A stretch of DNA of 64,000 nt from Trueperaceae bacterium (GCA_965215565.1 CBDCDZ010000004.1:2560001-2624000); one strand, 5' to 3'; shown: positions 10,652 to 23,958, numbered from the stretch's first letter. Notes: generated by a model from the sequence alone, not told the origin. Numbers and translations: made by a program.

Positions 10652-10924
10652 ATGGCAGACAGCAAAACCACCACGGATCACGACACCATCAAGAAGTGGG
10701 CGGAAGAGAGGAACGGGCACCCCGCCACCGTAGAGCGCACCGCCGAAGGCGACGAAGCGGGCATCTTGCGCATCGAGTTTGAGCAGGGCGACAGCAACGC
10801 GCTTACTGAGATAAGCTGGGACGAATTCTTCAGCAAATTCGAAGAGGAGAACTTGGCGTTTTTGTACCAAGAGGAGACGAGTGACGGCGAGACGAGCCGG
10901 TTTTTTAAGCTGGTAAGCCGCTAA
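10652..10924 (+). CDS. Conserved acidic hypothetical protein
   Basis: TTDHDTIKKWAEER.G.PA...ISWDEFF.KF..LAFLYQ, coupled to the previous gene. Confidence 0.75.
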   Translation: MADSKTTTDHDTIKKWAEERNGHPATVERTAEGDEAGILRIEFEQGDSNALTEISWDEFFSKFEEENLAFLYQEETSDGETSRFFKLVSR

Positions 10925-10937
10925 CTTTTCAGGTATA

Positions 10938-11047
10938 TAGCAAGTATCATTTGGTTTGAAACGCTCTCACGATGTAGAACACTGTGCAGCACGCACATTT
11001 GAGAATGATACTTGCGCTATTCCAATCAGTACTCATGTTAATTGCTA
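10938..11047 (+). mobile_element. MITE-like element copy 3 (no insert)
   Basis: TAGCAAGTATCATT...AATGATACTTGCG...TCAGTA...AATTGCTA, with a compensatory CAAG/CTTG change. Confidence 0.8.
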
Positions 11048-11068
11048 TAACTAGCGCGAGGAGGCGTT

Positions 11069-11323
11069 ATGGGTATCATCTTGTGGATCATCTTCGGAGC
11101 GCTTGCGGGCTGGGTTGCCAGTCTTATCGTCGGCACAAATGACCAACAGGGCTGTTTGATCGACATTATCGTGGGCATTATTGGGGCGTTCATCGGCGGC
11201 TTCGTGTTCTCACGGCTTATCGGTGTAGGCATCTCGGGGTTTAATTTCTCGAGCCTGCTTGTAGCCATTGCCGGTGCGGTGATTCTGCTCTTTATCGTCA
11301 AGGCGATTCGAGGGCGGACCTGA
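11069..11323 (+). CDS. GlsB/YeaQ/YmgE transglycosylase-associated membrane protein
   Basis: WIIFGALAGWVAS...DIIVGIIGAFIGG, with SD GGAGG. Confidence 0.88.
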   Translation: MGIILWIIFGALAGWVASLIVGTNDQQGCLIDIIVGIIGAFIGGFVFSRLIGVGISGFNFSSLLVAIAGAVILLFIVKAIRGRT

Positions 11324-11411
11324 ACGCATTGAATTAAGAGGTACAGGAAGTTTAAGAACGTGTAGGGGCACATATTTATTACTGTATGAATCGCCCCTAC
11401 GCCGCATTAGA

Positions 11412-11565
11412 TAGCACTTCCAAAACATATTGAGACAGAGTGCCGCAGGTCTCAGCGAAGCTAGCGGGATTTCACCTCACAACGTGCGTGCTAATTACGA
11501 AGTTTTCACGCAGTGAAACAGTGTTTTCTACAGTGGGGGTGCCTCAGACCAGATGATACCTGCTA
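11412..11565 (-). mobile_element. MITE-like element copy 4 (two inserts)
   Basis: About 6 mismatches over 154 bp relative to copy 1. Confidence 0.85.
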
Positions 11566-11590
11566 AGAGACGCTACGGTTTCGTTTTGAA

Positions 11591-12208
11591 CTAGGCGTGT
11601 TCTTTTAGCACCTCACCTACCGTTTGCAACATATAGTTCATCGAGACTGCCCCAGGATCGAGATGTCCCTCTCCCCGGCCGACTTGCGCCGCGCGCCCCT
11701 TCTCGCTCTTCATCTCTTTAGTCGCTTCCATCCCCTCTTTCGCTGCGGGCAGGGCGCTCTGCCACGCCTCGGCGAGCGGTTTATCCTTCTCGCCTTCCAA
11801 CGCCTCTAAAAAGGGGTGCAGCGTGTCGAGCATCGTCTTCTGCCCCGGCTCGGCGTTGCCTAGCTTTTTCATGCGCTCGTAGCCTAAGCGCATCGCCCCA
11901 AGCACGCCCGCCGTCGTCACCTCTTCGGGGAGCTTGTTGCCGGTGGTGATGATCAAGATGCCCACGAGCGCCCCCGACGAGCCGCCCGCTGCGTCCGAAA
12001 AGGCTGCGCCCGCGTCGCTGATGACGTCGGCGACACCTTTACCCTCGGTTGCGTCCGCTGAGCGCCGCGCCGCCCTAAGCCCCCGCACCATGCCGACGCC
12101 GTGGTCGCCGTCGCCCGCCACCGAGTCGAGCTTACCGAGTTCGTCCTCGTGCTCGCTAATCACCCTGTAGACCTCTTGAAAAATCGCTTTGACGACGTCA
12201 ACTGACAT
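11591..12208 (-). CDS. dhaL: Dihydroxyacetone kinase subunit L (Dak2)
   Basis: Motifs LDSVAGDGDHG, GGSSG, KTMLD, GRA and DPGA. Confidence 0.9.
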   Translation of the reverse strand: MSVDVVKAIFQEVYRVISEHEDELGKLDSVAGDGDHGVGMVRGLRAARRSADATEGKGVADVISDAGAAFSDAAGGSSGALVGILIITTGNKLPEEVTTAGVLGAMRLGYERMKKLGNAEPGQKTMLDTLHPFLEALEGEKDKPLAEAWQSALPAAKEGMEATKEMKSEKGRAAQVGRGEGHLDPGAVSMNYMLQTVGEVLKEHA

Positions 12209-12210
12209 CT

Positions 12211-13212
12211 CTAACCTCCGGTGTGGGTGTAAGCGGGCGTAGACGCTGGCGCTTCGACAAGCTCCTGCAACTCGTCGTCCAACCAGAAGAGCGTCAGCGA
12301 GCAGCCTGCCATGTCGAGCGAGGACACGACTTGGTTGACGATGGGACGGTAGATTTCGAAGTCGCCGCTGAGCTTTTTGTGCACGCTCCCGTAGAGGACG
12401 AACAGCTCTTCGGGGCTCGTGCGTCCGAGCGTATTCACGATGACGCCGACGCGGTTGCCCTCGACTCGGGGTGCGTCCGCTAAGATGCGTTGAATCATCA
12501 GGTCAGCGATTTCGTGCGCGGGGCGCAGCTCGCCCGTCTCGACACCGGGCTCGCCGTGAATGCCCAAACCGAGTTCCATCTCGCCCTCGTCCACGGTGAA
12601 AAGCGGTTCGCTCTGACCGGGCAGCGTACAGCCCGCAAACGCGACGCCGTAGGTACGGATTCTCTCGTTGACCTTGTCGCCAATGTGTTTGACCTCTTTA
12701 AGACTGTCGCCTCTCGCCGCGCTTGCGCCCGTACACTTGTAGACGAAAAACCCGCCCGCCACGCCGCGCCGCTTCTCACGCTCGTCCGGTCCGCCCGACG
12801 CCACGTCGTCGGTAATCAGCACACTGTCGACTTGGGTGCCGTCGTCCTCTAAGCGCATCCCCGCCATGTTGAAGTTCATCACGTCGCCCGAATAGTTAGC
12901 GACACAAAAGAGGATGCCCGCGCCCCCGTCCACTGCTTTGGAGACGCGGTAGACTTGCTCACCCGATGGGCTGGTAAAAACGTCTCCGATAACTGACGCG
13001 CTCAGCATCCCCTCGCCCACGACGCCCGCGAACGTCGGGTAGTGCCCCGAGCCGCCCCCGTTGATGACCGAGACGTGGCCCTTTTTCGGTGCGCCGTGCG
13101 CCATCACGCCCGCCGCGTTCGGCACACGCTTCCAGTAGCGGCTATACGCCGCCGCCATCCCGGTAATAAGTTCCTCCTTGAAGTCCGTTGGGTCGTTAAC
13201 AAGATTCGCCAC
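12211..13212 (-). CDS. dhaK: Dihydroxyacetone kinase subunit K (Dak1)
   Basis: Motifs GGGSGH.P, FTSP, NYSGD, RRGVAG and GIHGEPG. Confidence 0.9.
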   Translation of the reverse strand: MANLVNDPTDFKEELITGMAAAYSRYWKRVPNAAGVMAHGAPKKGHVSVINGGGSGHYPTFAGVVGEGMLSASVIGDVFTSPSGEQVYRVSKAVDGGAGILFCVANYSGDVMNFNMAGMRLEDDGTQVDSVLITDDVASGGPDEREKRRGVAGGFFVYKCTGASAARGDSLKEVKHIGDKVNERIRTYGVAFAGCTLPGQSEPLFTVDEGEMELGLGIHGEPGVETGELRPAHEIADLMIQRILADAPRVEGNRVGVIVNTLGRTSPEELFVLYGSVHKKLSGDFEIYRPIVNQVVSSLDMAGCSLTLFWLDDELQELVEAPASTPAYTHTGG

Positions 13213-13304
13213 GCGCTACTCCTCTCATTCGTTTATAGGTTGTTCATAGAGTGTAACGTATAGGCGAGGCGTCTACCGGGGTTAGGCGGATACGCGCTTA
13301 CGTT

Positions 13305-13460
13305 TAGCAGGTATCATCCGGTCGGAGACACTCTCGCTTTGTAAAACGATGTTTCCTGCGGAAAACTGCGTAACTGGCACGCACTTTGAGGGATGAAATC
13401 CCGCTAGCTCTGCGAGCTGAGACCTGTACTCATCCGTCTCAGTATGTCTTGGAACTGCTA
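13305..13460 (+). mobile_element. MITE-like element copy 5 (21-nt and 24-nt inserts)
   Basis: TAGCAGGTATCATCCGGTC...TGGAACTGCTA; 111+21+24 = 156 bp. Confidence 0.85.
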
Positions 13461-13530
13461 GTTAATGCGAATCTATGCAGACCGTTGAGTTATAGAAAAT
13501 GCCTCGAGCACACGCTGCAACCCTCGAGCC

Positions 13531-14292
13531 CTAATCTATTTCGCGGTAGTGGTAGGCGTACAGCGTCTTAAAGCCCAACTGCGTGTAGAGCGCCCTTGCC
13601 GCCCTATTCTCCTCAGCCACTTGCAGATACATCACGCCCGCGTCCCTTTGCGCCCCCCAAATCGCCAGCGCGTGGACGGCAGAGCGCGCCGCGCCGCGCC
13701 TGCGCAAACTCGGCAGCGTCGCCATGTTGAAAAGCCCGAGTTGACCGCGCTCCAACACACCTAGACCTACCGCCGCCGGGATGCCCGCAAGTTTCACCGT
13801 GACAAAAGCTGCGTGCGAAGGAATGCGCTGGAAGAGGATACGTTTTGCCTCGAGCTTATACCCCTCTACCCCCGCACTCTGCGCGAAGAGGTTGAGCCAG
13901 TCAGCGGTGAGGCACAGGTCTATCACCGCGTCCGGCACAGCTTGCTTCACCACGCGCCCCAACACCTTGGTAAGCGGCGCACGCTGAATAATTGCGCCGC
14001 TGCTGGCACGGTAGCCTCTCGCGGCGAGCGCGTCGTCCAGATTTTGCGGCTGCGATACGGGGCAGAGTTGAAACCGCGCAGGCTTACCTAAGCGTTCATA
14101 AAACGCCTCGGCGCGGTCTACCTTCTCGTTCAGCGGCGTATCTGGTACATCATATTCCGCCAGCACCGAATTCGCTCTTCGCGTTCCGCCTCCATCAGCG
14201 CGGAGCCGCCAACCCTCGTCCAAGCGAAGTAGCGAAGGGGGTAGGGCGTTAGCGGCGGCTTGCTCGAGGCTTTGAATGTCTTTCATCACCAT
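13531..14292 (-). CDS. GNAT family acetyltransferase
   Basis: Motifs TRRANSV, RRRGAA and YLQV..N..A.ALY..LGF. Confidence 0.85.
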   Translation of the reverse strand: MVMKDIQSLEQAAANALPPSLLRLDEGWRLRADGGGTRRANSVLAEYDVPDTPLNEKVDRAEAFYERLGKPARFQLCPVSQPQNLDDALAARGYRASSGAIIQRAPLTKVLGRVVKQAVPDAVIDLCLTADWLNLFAQSAGVEGYKLEAKRILFQRIPSHAAFVTVKLAGIPAAVGLGVLERGQLGLFNMATLPSLRRRGAARSAVHALAIWGAQRDAGVMYLQVAEENRAARALYTQLGFKTLYAYHYREID

Positions 14293-14300
14293 AAAATATA

Positions 14301-14335
14301 GAAAAAGCGCTCAACCTCTTCGCTGAGCGTTTTTC
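14301..14335. terminator. Hairpin, probable intrinsic terminator downstream of slyD
   Basis: GAAAAAGCGCTCA...TGAGCGTTTTTC. Confidence 0.5.
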
Positions 14336-14345
14336 AAGTGTAATA

Positions 14346-14456
14346 GAACGCTCTTTAGAGTCGCTGAGCTTGAATCACGCAGGTATCATTCTATCGCTTG
14401 CGAGCTAAACAATACTTTATCTGCTGGGAGCGTTGATGACCAGATGATACCTGCTG
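14346..14456 (-). mobile_element. MITE-like element copy 6 (no insert)
   Basis: Reverse complement CAGCAGGTATCATCTGGTC...AATGATACCTGCG TGATTCAAGCTCAG; the tail is shared with copy 11. Confidence 0.8.
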
Positions 14457-14460
14457 TACT

Positions 14461-14889
14461 TTAGACGATTTCGACGAGTTCAATCTCGAACATGAGGTCT
14501 TTACCCGCTAATGGGTGATTCGCGTCGAGCGTCACCGTGTTGTCCGAGAGGTCTGTGACCGTCACCGAAACGGCTTGTCCGCTCTCTTGGCGTACCTGCA
14601 GTTGCTGACCAAGTTGGAGTTCAATCTCGTTTGGAACTTGCTCGCGGTCGACTTCCATCACCATGTCGTCGCGGCGCGGACCGTAGGCTTTATCGGCTGG
14701 GATGCGCTCGAGCTTCGTCTCCCCCGTCTCCATCCCCGTGACAATCTCTTCAAAGCCCGCGATGATGTTGCCGCCGCCCAGCGTGAATTCTAAGGGCTCG
14801 CGGTCCTTTGACGAATCGAAAACGGTGCCGTCCTCTAAAGTTCCTTGATAATGCACCTTGACGGTGTCGCCATTCTGTGCTTGTGCCAT
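14461..14889 (-). CDS. slyD: FKBP-type peptidyl-prolyl isomerase (SlyD-like)
   Basis: Motifs VKVHY.G.LEDG.VFDSS, AYG and DANHPLAGK.L.F, with SD AAGGAG. Confidence 0.88.
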   Translation of the reverse strand: MAQAQNGDTVKVHYQGTLEDGTVFDSSKDREPLEFTLGGGNIIAGFEEIVTGMETGETKLERIPADKAYGPRRDDMVMEVDREQVPNEIELQLGQQLQVRQESGQAVSVTVTDLSDNTVTLDANHPLAGKDLMFEIELVEIV

Positions 14890-15006
14890 GTGCTGCTCCT
14901 TCCCGATATTGACCCTATCGGTATGAGGAGCCAATACCCTATCCATTTAGGGTAACGCAGATGCGTGAGATGTCTGTAGTCTGACCCAAAACGGAACGCG
15001 CTCATA

Positions 15007-15699
15007 TCACGCCGAAGAAGTCGCTCGAGTCTCAGCCATCTCTTGTCCCTCTTTTTTAACCCACCGCTTCGGCGCTTCGGTTTGGGGCGGCGCACCGAAG
15101 AACGTATCTTCGTTCCACAGCGCGACGGGCACCGAGACCGCAGAGGCGAGAACAAGCCAAGGGACGAGCGTAGAGAGCGACGCGACAACTTTGGGGTCCT
15201 CGAGTTTCTCGAGCGCAACGTAAACACTCGCTATACCTAGCCCAAGGTCTGCCACCGACATCGCTGCACCCAGCCTCGGCGAACGAAGCCCGAAATAAGC
15301 CGCATTAAAAGAGGCGTAATTCAGCAACGAGGTTCCCTGTAAGGCGAGGTATGCGCTGCGCCCCGGCGTCTCTTCAGGCTTGTTGAGGACGCGGATTAAG
15401 CCAGAGACTCGAGCCGTATTGTTCACCGCCCACGCAACGGGAAACGCCAGACCCGGCGGCGCGTAGACAGGCTGCTTGAGGCTCTCGTAGAAGGGGTCTT
15501 GCGCCTTTCTATCTGTTCTATTACCCGTCGAGCGTTCCGCGAGCTTACCGAGCCCATAGCTTATAGCTTCAGTAGCGGCGTAGGCGAGCAGCCCGTGATA
15601 CCAACGCCAGCGCTTTGGCTTCTGGTCCTCGAGATGCTCTACGCTGACCTCTTCTTGCCGCGTGACCTCTCGCGATACCTCTTGTTTTGTAACGTCCAT
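15007..15699 (-). CDS. TspO/MBR tryptophan-rich sensory protein
   Basis: Y.SLKQP.YAPPG.AFP.AW and L.PW motifs. Confidence 0.78.
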   Translation of the reverse strand: MDVTKQEVSREVTRQEEVSVEHLEDQKPKRWRWYHGLLAYAATEAISYGLGKLAERSTGNRTDRKAQDPFYESLKQPVYAPPGLAFPVAWAVNNTARVSGLIRVLNKPEETPGRSAYLALQGTSLLNYASFNAAYFGLRSPRLGAAMSVADLGLGIASVYVALEKLEDPKVVASLSTLVPWLVLASAVSVPVALWNEDTFFGAPPQTEAPKRWVKKEGQEMAETRATSSA

Positions 15700-15796
15700 C
15701 TTCTAACCTCCTCAACCTTAGATTGACACCCTCTTGTCCTATTCCTTCTCTGCGAAGTTGAGGCTCGAGCCCTTCCCAAACCTCTATAATGATTGT

Positions 15797-16267
15797 ATGA
15801 CAAAGAAGCTGCAAAATCAAGTTACTGCACAAAGCAGAAACATAGATGAAGAGGTACAAGCAGCGTTTCAGAGACTTAACGCGATGCTCCTCACGATGAG
15901 CGCCAAAGTTGCTGAGGACACAAGTTTCACCCTGACTGAAATTTTGGTGTGCGAGCACTTGCGTTTATACGGACCGCTTACACCTAAAGAGGTTGGTGAG
16001 CGCGTCGGGCTCAGTTCGGGCGCGGTGACGCGGCTTTTAGACAGATTGGAGGAAAGAGGGTTTACCAACCGCGCCCCTCATCCGAGTGACAGACGCAAAG
16101 TTTTAGTGCACTATGTCGAGCAAGATGCCCAAAACGTGAAACGACCTCTCGCCCTTTTTGAAAGACTGGGGCAGATACTTGATACGCTAGAGACGTCTGA
16201 AAAGCAAATGGTTTTGACGTTTATGAATGAGATGATTGGGGCGGTTGAGGAGAGTTTAGACGGATAA
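15797..16267 (+). CDS. MarR family regulator (leaderless)
   Basis: SSGAVT.LLDRLE.RG...R..HPSDRR; TATAAT-N6-ATG. Confidence 0.88.
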   Translation: MTKKLQNQVTAQSRNIDEEVQAAFQRLNAMLLTMSAKVAEDTSFTLTEILVCEHLRLYGPLTPKEVGERVGLSSGAVTRLLDRLEERGFTNRAPHPSDRRKVLVHYVEQDAQNVKRPLALFERLGQILDTLETSEKQMVLTFMNEMIGAVEESLDG

Positions 16268-16280
16268 AGGTCAGTAGTTT

Positions 16281-16835
16281 TTACGATACGTTGATGCTTA
16301 TGTATAAGTACCAGGGACCGTCAATGTGTCTGAATCTTAAATCATTATTGTATAACGAGCTACTTTCTAATTTATCTTCAAGCCTGCTAGGGTCTACGGG
16401 CTCTGTAGAGTAAAGATAGCCCTTTACTGCGTAGCTCGATTCTGTATCGAAAAGCGTCATCTCCCTCCTTTTGGATCGACTTATATAGACCTCTTTATAG
16501 TTACCGCGTTCCATGTTGAGAGACGCAAGGTCCAGAGTGTTCATGATTTCTGACGGATTACCGAATCCGGTTTCAACCCTTTTGCCGTCTTCTAAGATGG
16601 CATAGTAGGTTTCGGTTGCTCTATTTCGGTAGCACGGTGGACCGTCACAGGACCTCAAAATTTTTAGATCATTCGCCCGCAGAGCGCTTGTCGCTAATTC
16701 ATTGAATAGCTGTTCGTTCTTCTGAAAGTGTCGAATCATTGCCTTGTCACTATAGTTGATGTCAACAGAGCAACCTGATAGAGCACTTAAAAGCGTGAGG
16801 TACAGGAAAACGATAGCGAACCTTCTCGGATACAT
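16281..16835 (-). CDS. Hypothetical lipoprotein, AT-rich
   Basis: Lipobox LSGC after a hydrophobic signal when started at ATG 16835. Confidence 0.6.
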   Translation of the reverse strand: MYPRRFAIVFLYLTLLSALSGCSVDINYSDKAMIRHFQKNEQLFNELATSALRANDLKILRSCDGPPCYRNRATETYYAILEDGKRVETGFGNPSEIMNTLDLASLNMERGNYKEVYISRSKRREMTLFDTESSYAVKGYLYSTEPVDPSRLEDKLESSSLYNNDLRFRHIDGPWYLYISINVS

Positions 16836-17105
16836 AAGACTTCTCAACTCTTTTTTACCACTCTCCACAATTATCATCCGTGACGAAAAACCATCACCTT
16901 ACTCCAAAGTGTTCTGTTATTCAGTGCCGCTTCCGCGCCTTCCATGTCCCACCATACACATACGTCGGCTCATCCTCTTTGAACTTAGGCAAACAGTCAA
17001 TACAAACGAATATCCACCCGTCCGTCTCACTGTTCTGGATGCGGTAGAACGTATCTCTTTCCCTTTCACAGTTATCACACCTCTTCGTGCGGACGCGCTT
17101 CGCCT

Positions 17106-18689
17106 TCAGAAGCCCACCGCCTGCCCGTCTTTGCGACTGTCAGAAGCGGCTAAGTAGCCATCCCCCAACCGATAAACAAGCTGCGCCCCACCAAAACCGC
17201 CGAACGCCGAACCCTCTACCACAACCTCATGCCCACGGCTGCGCAACTCATCTAAGACGTCAGGCTTGAAACCCGGCTCTACGTGAACCTCTCGCCCGCC
17301 CGCCACGCGCCAACGCGGAGCGTCACTCGCCGCTTGTGGGTTCTGTCCATAGTCACACAGCCGAATCACCATCTGCGCGTGACCCTGAGGCTGCATCGGT
17401 CCGCCCATCACACCGAAGCTCATCAGCGGTTGTCCGTTTTGCGTCAGAAAGCCAGGGATGATGGTGTGAAAGGGACGTTTGCCGCCCGCCACTTGATTCG
17501 GATGCCCCTCTTCTAACGTGAAGCCCGCGCCCCGATTCTGCAAGCTGATGCCCGTGCCCGGCACGACGATGCCCGAGCCGAAGCCGTAATAGTTCGACTG
17601 GATAAACGAGACCATCATGCCTTCCGCGTCCGCCGCCGTGAGGTAGACCGTGCCGCCACGTTTAGGAATTCCGTAGTTTGGGTCTTCAGCGCGTTTCATG
17701 TCAATTTCTTTGGCGCGTTCTTTCAAGTAATCACTGTGAAGCAGGCTTTCCAAGCTCATATCCATCGTGTCCGCGTCGGAAACATAGCGGTAGGCATCGG
17801 CGAAGGCGAGTTTCATCGCCTCGAGCTGCACGTGCAAACTGTCTGCCGAATCCACCGGATAATCCGCCACTGGATGATGCTCTAATATTCCTAGCATGAG
17901 GAGCGCCGCTAAACCTTGCCCGTTCGGGGGAATCTCGTGGAGCGTGACCTCTCGGTAATTCTGAGAGATGAGGTCAACCCAATCCACTCGGTGCTCCGCT
18001 AAATCCTCTTCGGTGAGTAGGGCGTTTGATTTGCTCGAGTGCGCCGCTATCCTCTGCGCCAAGTCGCCTCTATAAAACGCTTCACCCTTCGTTTCAGCGA
18101 TGCGCTCCAAAGTTTTCGCTTGGTCTTCGTATCTGAAAAGCTCGCCCGCATGGGGCGCACGTCCGTTCGGCAAGAACTTAGCCGCGAATTCAGGAAAGTC
18201 ACCGAACACTTTAGGCGCGACGGACCAGGCTTTAGCTGTGATGGGCGAAACGAGATACCCTTCTCTTACGTAGCGAATCGCAGGTTCGAAGAGGTTTTCA
18301 AAGGGAAGTTTGCCGTAACGTTTTGACAGCGACACCCACGACGAGACCGCACCAGGTACAGTAACCGCGTCCCAACCGCTAAGAGGTACAGCGTCCAAAC
18401 CCGCGAAACGCTCTTTCGTAAGCGCTCTAGGCGAGCGTCCCGAAGCGTTAAGCCCGACGAGTTCTTGACCGTCCCAAAGAATCGCGAAAGCGTCCGAGCC
18501 GATGCCGTTCGAGGTTGGCTCAACCACAGTTAAAGCGATTGCCGCCGCGAGCGCCGCGTCTACGGCGTTGCCGCCTTTGCTGAGCATCTGCAACCCCGCC
18601 TGCGCTGCGAGAGGTTGCGACGTCGCCACGACGTTACGCGCCAGCACGGGCATCCGCTGTGAGAAATAGGGAAAATCATAGGTGAACAT
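17106..18689 (-). CDS. ggt: Gamma-glutamyltransferase family protein
   Basis: Motifs GGNAVDAA, GTVYL, QSNY.GFGSG, KRPFHTI and SDSRKDG. Confidence 0.92.
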   Translation of the reverse strand: MFTYDFPYFSQRMPVLARNVVATSQPLAAQAGLQMLSKGGNAVDAALAAAIALTVVEPTSNGIGSDAFAILWDGQELVGLNASGRSPRALTKERFAGLDAVPLSGWDAVTVPGAVSSWVSLSKRYGKLPFENLFEPAIRYVREGYLVSPITAKAWSVAPKVFGDFPEFAAKFLPNGRAPHAGELFRYEDQAKTLERIAETKGEAFYRGDLAQRIAAHSSKSNALLTEEDLAEHRVDWVDLISQNYREVTLHEIPPNGQGLAALLMLGILEHHPVADYPVDSADSLHVQLEAMKLAFADAYRYVSDADTMDMSLESLLHSDYLKERAKEIDMKRAEDPNYGIPKRGGTVYLTAADAEGMMVSFIQSNYYGFGSGIVVPGTGISLQNRGAGFTLEEGHPNQVAGGKRPFHTIIPGFLTQNGQPLMSFGVMGGPMQPQGHAQMVIRLCDYGQNPQAASDAPRWRVAGGREVHVEPGFKPDVLDELRSRGHEVVVEGSAFGGFGGAQLVYRLGDGYLAASDSRKDGQAVGF

Positions 18690-18698
18690 AGATAGCTC

Positions 18699-19244
18699 CT
18701 AGCGAAATAAGGTGATACCCACCACGCCACCCACAACGATCAGGAGAGCAGGGTGAACATCGAAGCGAACTGCCAATACAAACGCGCCGATGGCGAGCAG
18801 CCAAAACGCCCAGTTGCCAAGCCACTCAGAAGGCGAGCCAAACGCGCGCGGGGCAAACTCATAGACAACGAGCGCTAAAAGGGCAATGACCACAGGACGC
18901 ACCCCTTTGAGGAAGTTCTCAAAGATAGGCGCGTCGCGGTAGCGCAAGTAGAGCGCTCCGAGCGCAATCATAGCGATTACAGTCGGCACAGTCACACCGA
19001 CGACACCCGCCGTCGCACCCGCCACGCCCGAGACCTTGTAACCGACATAGCCTGCCATCTTCGTCGCGATCGGACCGGGTAGCGTGTTGCCGAACGCAAA
19101 AGCGTCCAAGAACTCCTCTTGGCTGAGCCAACCTTGCACGTCTACGACCTCTTCTTGGATAAGAGGAATCATCGAAGGACCGCCGCCGAAGCCGAAGAGC
19201 CCAACTTTGGTAAAAGACCAAAAGAGCGACCATATTTCTGTCAT
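18699..19244 (-). CDS. Short-chain chromate transporter (ChrA family)
   Basis: Motifs FGFGGG and LPGP. Confidence 0.85.
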   Translation of the reverse strand: MTEIWSLFWSFTKVGLFGFGGGPSMIPLIQEEVVDVQGWLSQEEFLDAFAFGNTLPGPIATKMAGYVGYKVSGVAGATAGVVGVTVPTVIAMIALGALYLRYRDAPIFENFLKGVRPVVIALLALVVYEFAPRAFGSPSEWLGNWAFWLLAIGAFVLAVRFDVHPALLIVVGGVVGITLFR

Positions 19245-19264
19245 GCTTCGCTTTTACCATGTTT

Positions 19265-19365
19265 TAGCAAGTCTCAGCCGTGAGGCTAGCGGGTTTTCCT
19301 CTGGTCACAAAGGCCCTTAGCCGTTAAAGTACTGCAAGAACACGCACTATTAAATGATACTTGCG
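19265..19365 (+). mobile_element. MITE-like element copy 7 (insert in left arm, tail diverged)
   Basis: TAGCAAGT[CTCAGCCGTGAGGCTAGCGGGTT]...CTGGTC...CACGCAC...ATGATACTTGCG. Confidence 0.7.
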
Positions 19366-19439
19366 AAATTTTCATAGTTTTTCAAAGCTAGCGTTTTTTA
19401 CGCTAGCCTCATAGCGTAAGACTCGAACCCGCCTCAATT

Positions 19440-19943
19440 CTAAGATTCAACTTTTTTCTTTCTATCCGAAAGCGCCATCTGCGTATAAGACCCTGCAAAT
19501 AAAAACCCGAGCAGATAATAAAGCCCGAGTATCGCTAGCAAAAGGATAAGGGTGCGCAGTTCTGCGCCGACGAGCCACGCGAAAAGCGCGAACCAAGCAG
19601 GCGTCGAAAGGATAACCCCTTGCGCAATGACAGCAGCGAGGGCTCCGCCTTTGCCTTCTTGTACATTGGTGTGGCTACTTTTGGCTCGAGTATTTTGAGC
19701 AGCAAATCGGCCCAAAAGGAGTGCCACGAAGAGTTGCAGGCTGGCAAGTCCTATTAAGGCTTGACTGGTGAAGGGGAGGGGGGACTTGAGCGGTTCCACG
19801 AAAAGTAGCAGCGCCAACCAAAGCAGCAACACCACACTAAGCTGCCCCCAAAACGCAAGCGCGAAGACGAAGCGCAAGCTAAGTGACGCCTGAGACTTCG
19901 TCGGCGCGTCACTCTTGATGAATTGTTGAACAGTCTGAAACAC
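19440..19943 (-). CDS. Hypothetical membrane protein
   Basis: Four hydrophobic segments. Confidence 0.65.
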   Translation of the reverse strand: MFQTVQQFIKSDAPTKSQASLSLRFVFALAFWGQLSVVLLLWLALLLFVEPLKSPLPFTSQALIGLASLQLFVALLLGRFAAQNTRAKSSHTNVQEGKGGALAAVIAQGVILSTPAWFALFAWLVGAELRTLILLLAILGLYYLLGFLFAGSYTQMALSDRKKKVES

Positions 19944-19959
19944 GCCGTACTACGCCAAT

Positions 19960-20091
19960 TTAGTGCGCATCCTCCGGCTCTACCGCTTCTTCTGCTAGGA
20001 GATGTCCCACATAGACAAACGCCGCCGCCGTCGCCGTGATACCGCCAAAGACCAACGTGCTGTAAAACATGATTTCGATGAACGTTTCCAC
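19960..20091 (-). CDS. Small single-TM protein (43 aa), not in the ORF track
   Basis: SD AGGAGG-N5-GTG; METFIEIMFYSTLVFGGITATAAAFVYVGHLLAEEAVEPEDAH. Confidence 0.6.
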   Translation of the reverse strand: METFIEIMFYSTLVFGGITATAAAFVYVGHLLAEEAVEPEDAH

Positions 20092-20161
20092 AATGTCCTC
20101 CTCTTGCTAGCTTACCGTAAATGAAAAGGATTGAAGAGAGGAGATGAAAGTGTCCAAACAC

Positions 20162-20191
20162 AAAAAAAGGCTCCGTCGAAAACGGGGCCTT
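20162..20191 (-). terminator. Intrinsic terminator of the rRNA-tRNA operon
   Basis: Reverse complement AGGCCCCG...CGGAGCC-T7. Confidence 0.8.
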
Positions 20192-20198
20192 GATTCTT

Positions 20199-20274
<76 letters not shown>

Positions 20275-20408
20275 GAGATTGGTATCATCAATCAACAAAC
20301 GCAACCACTTGAAACAGCGGCGCTTGCTATTCTCAGATACCATGTCGTTCTTACGTATAAATAAGAGGCGCTACCCAAAGGGCAACACCTCATTAGTTTT
20401 GAAATAAA

Positions 20409-20526
<118 letters not shown>

Positions 20527-20612
20527 AAAAAATAAGAGAGGTATCATCTCATACCAGAAACCTCAGAGTTGCGACAATGACGAATAAGAGTGATTGAAAA
20601 TTAGTCCAGAAT

Positions 20613-23538
<2,926 letters not shown>

Positions 23539-23660
23539 TATTTCGATAAAAGCTATTCTAGACACGCTTTTGAGCCTAAACTCAATTACGTTTTTGGATG
23601 CTCAATCACTCTTATTCGCTTGTCATTGTTCGCTGTCGGCTCTTTCGAGCGACAAAAAAT

Positions 23661-23690
23661 AGTGTACACCTACATCCCGAGACGTGTCAA
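23661..23690 (-). promoter_or_regulatory. Promoter of the 23S-5S operon
   Basis: Reverse complement TTGACA-N18-TACACT, about 120 nt upstream of 23S. Confidence 0.85.
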
Positions 23691-23958
23691 CCCCCTAGTT
23701 ACATGATTTCGAGGTTTTCTCCACTTCAGGGCTCTTTGGCGAGAGGTTTATCACGAACTTTTGCTGTGAGGGACGCTAGAATTGAGTTTTGGGAAAGAGG
23801 TGGGGTTGGCTCGAGAGAATGGCTGATTTTCTTTGAAAAGCGCTCTACGTAAGGAAAAGTGGCTGCTTATTCCAGGCGAGATCAGCACATTAGAGGGAAG
23901 CCGTAAGAATCTTGTAAGAGTTGAACCTCTACACTACCTTCGCACAGGGAGGTGCAGG

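Noticed and set aside
11591..13212. dhaKL lacking dhaM as a novel system
   Set aside because: The phosphodonor subunit may be encoded elsewhere, and this arrangement is common.
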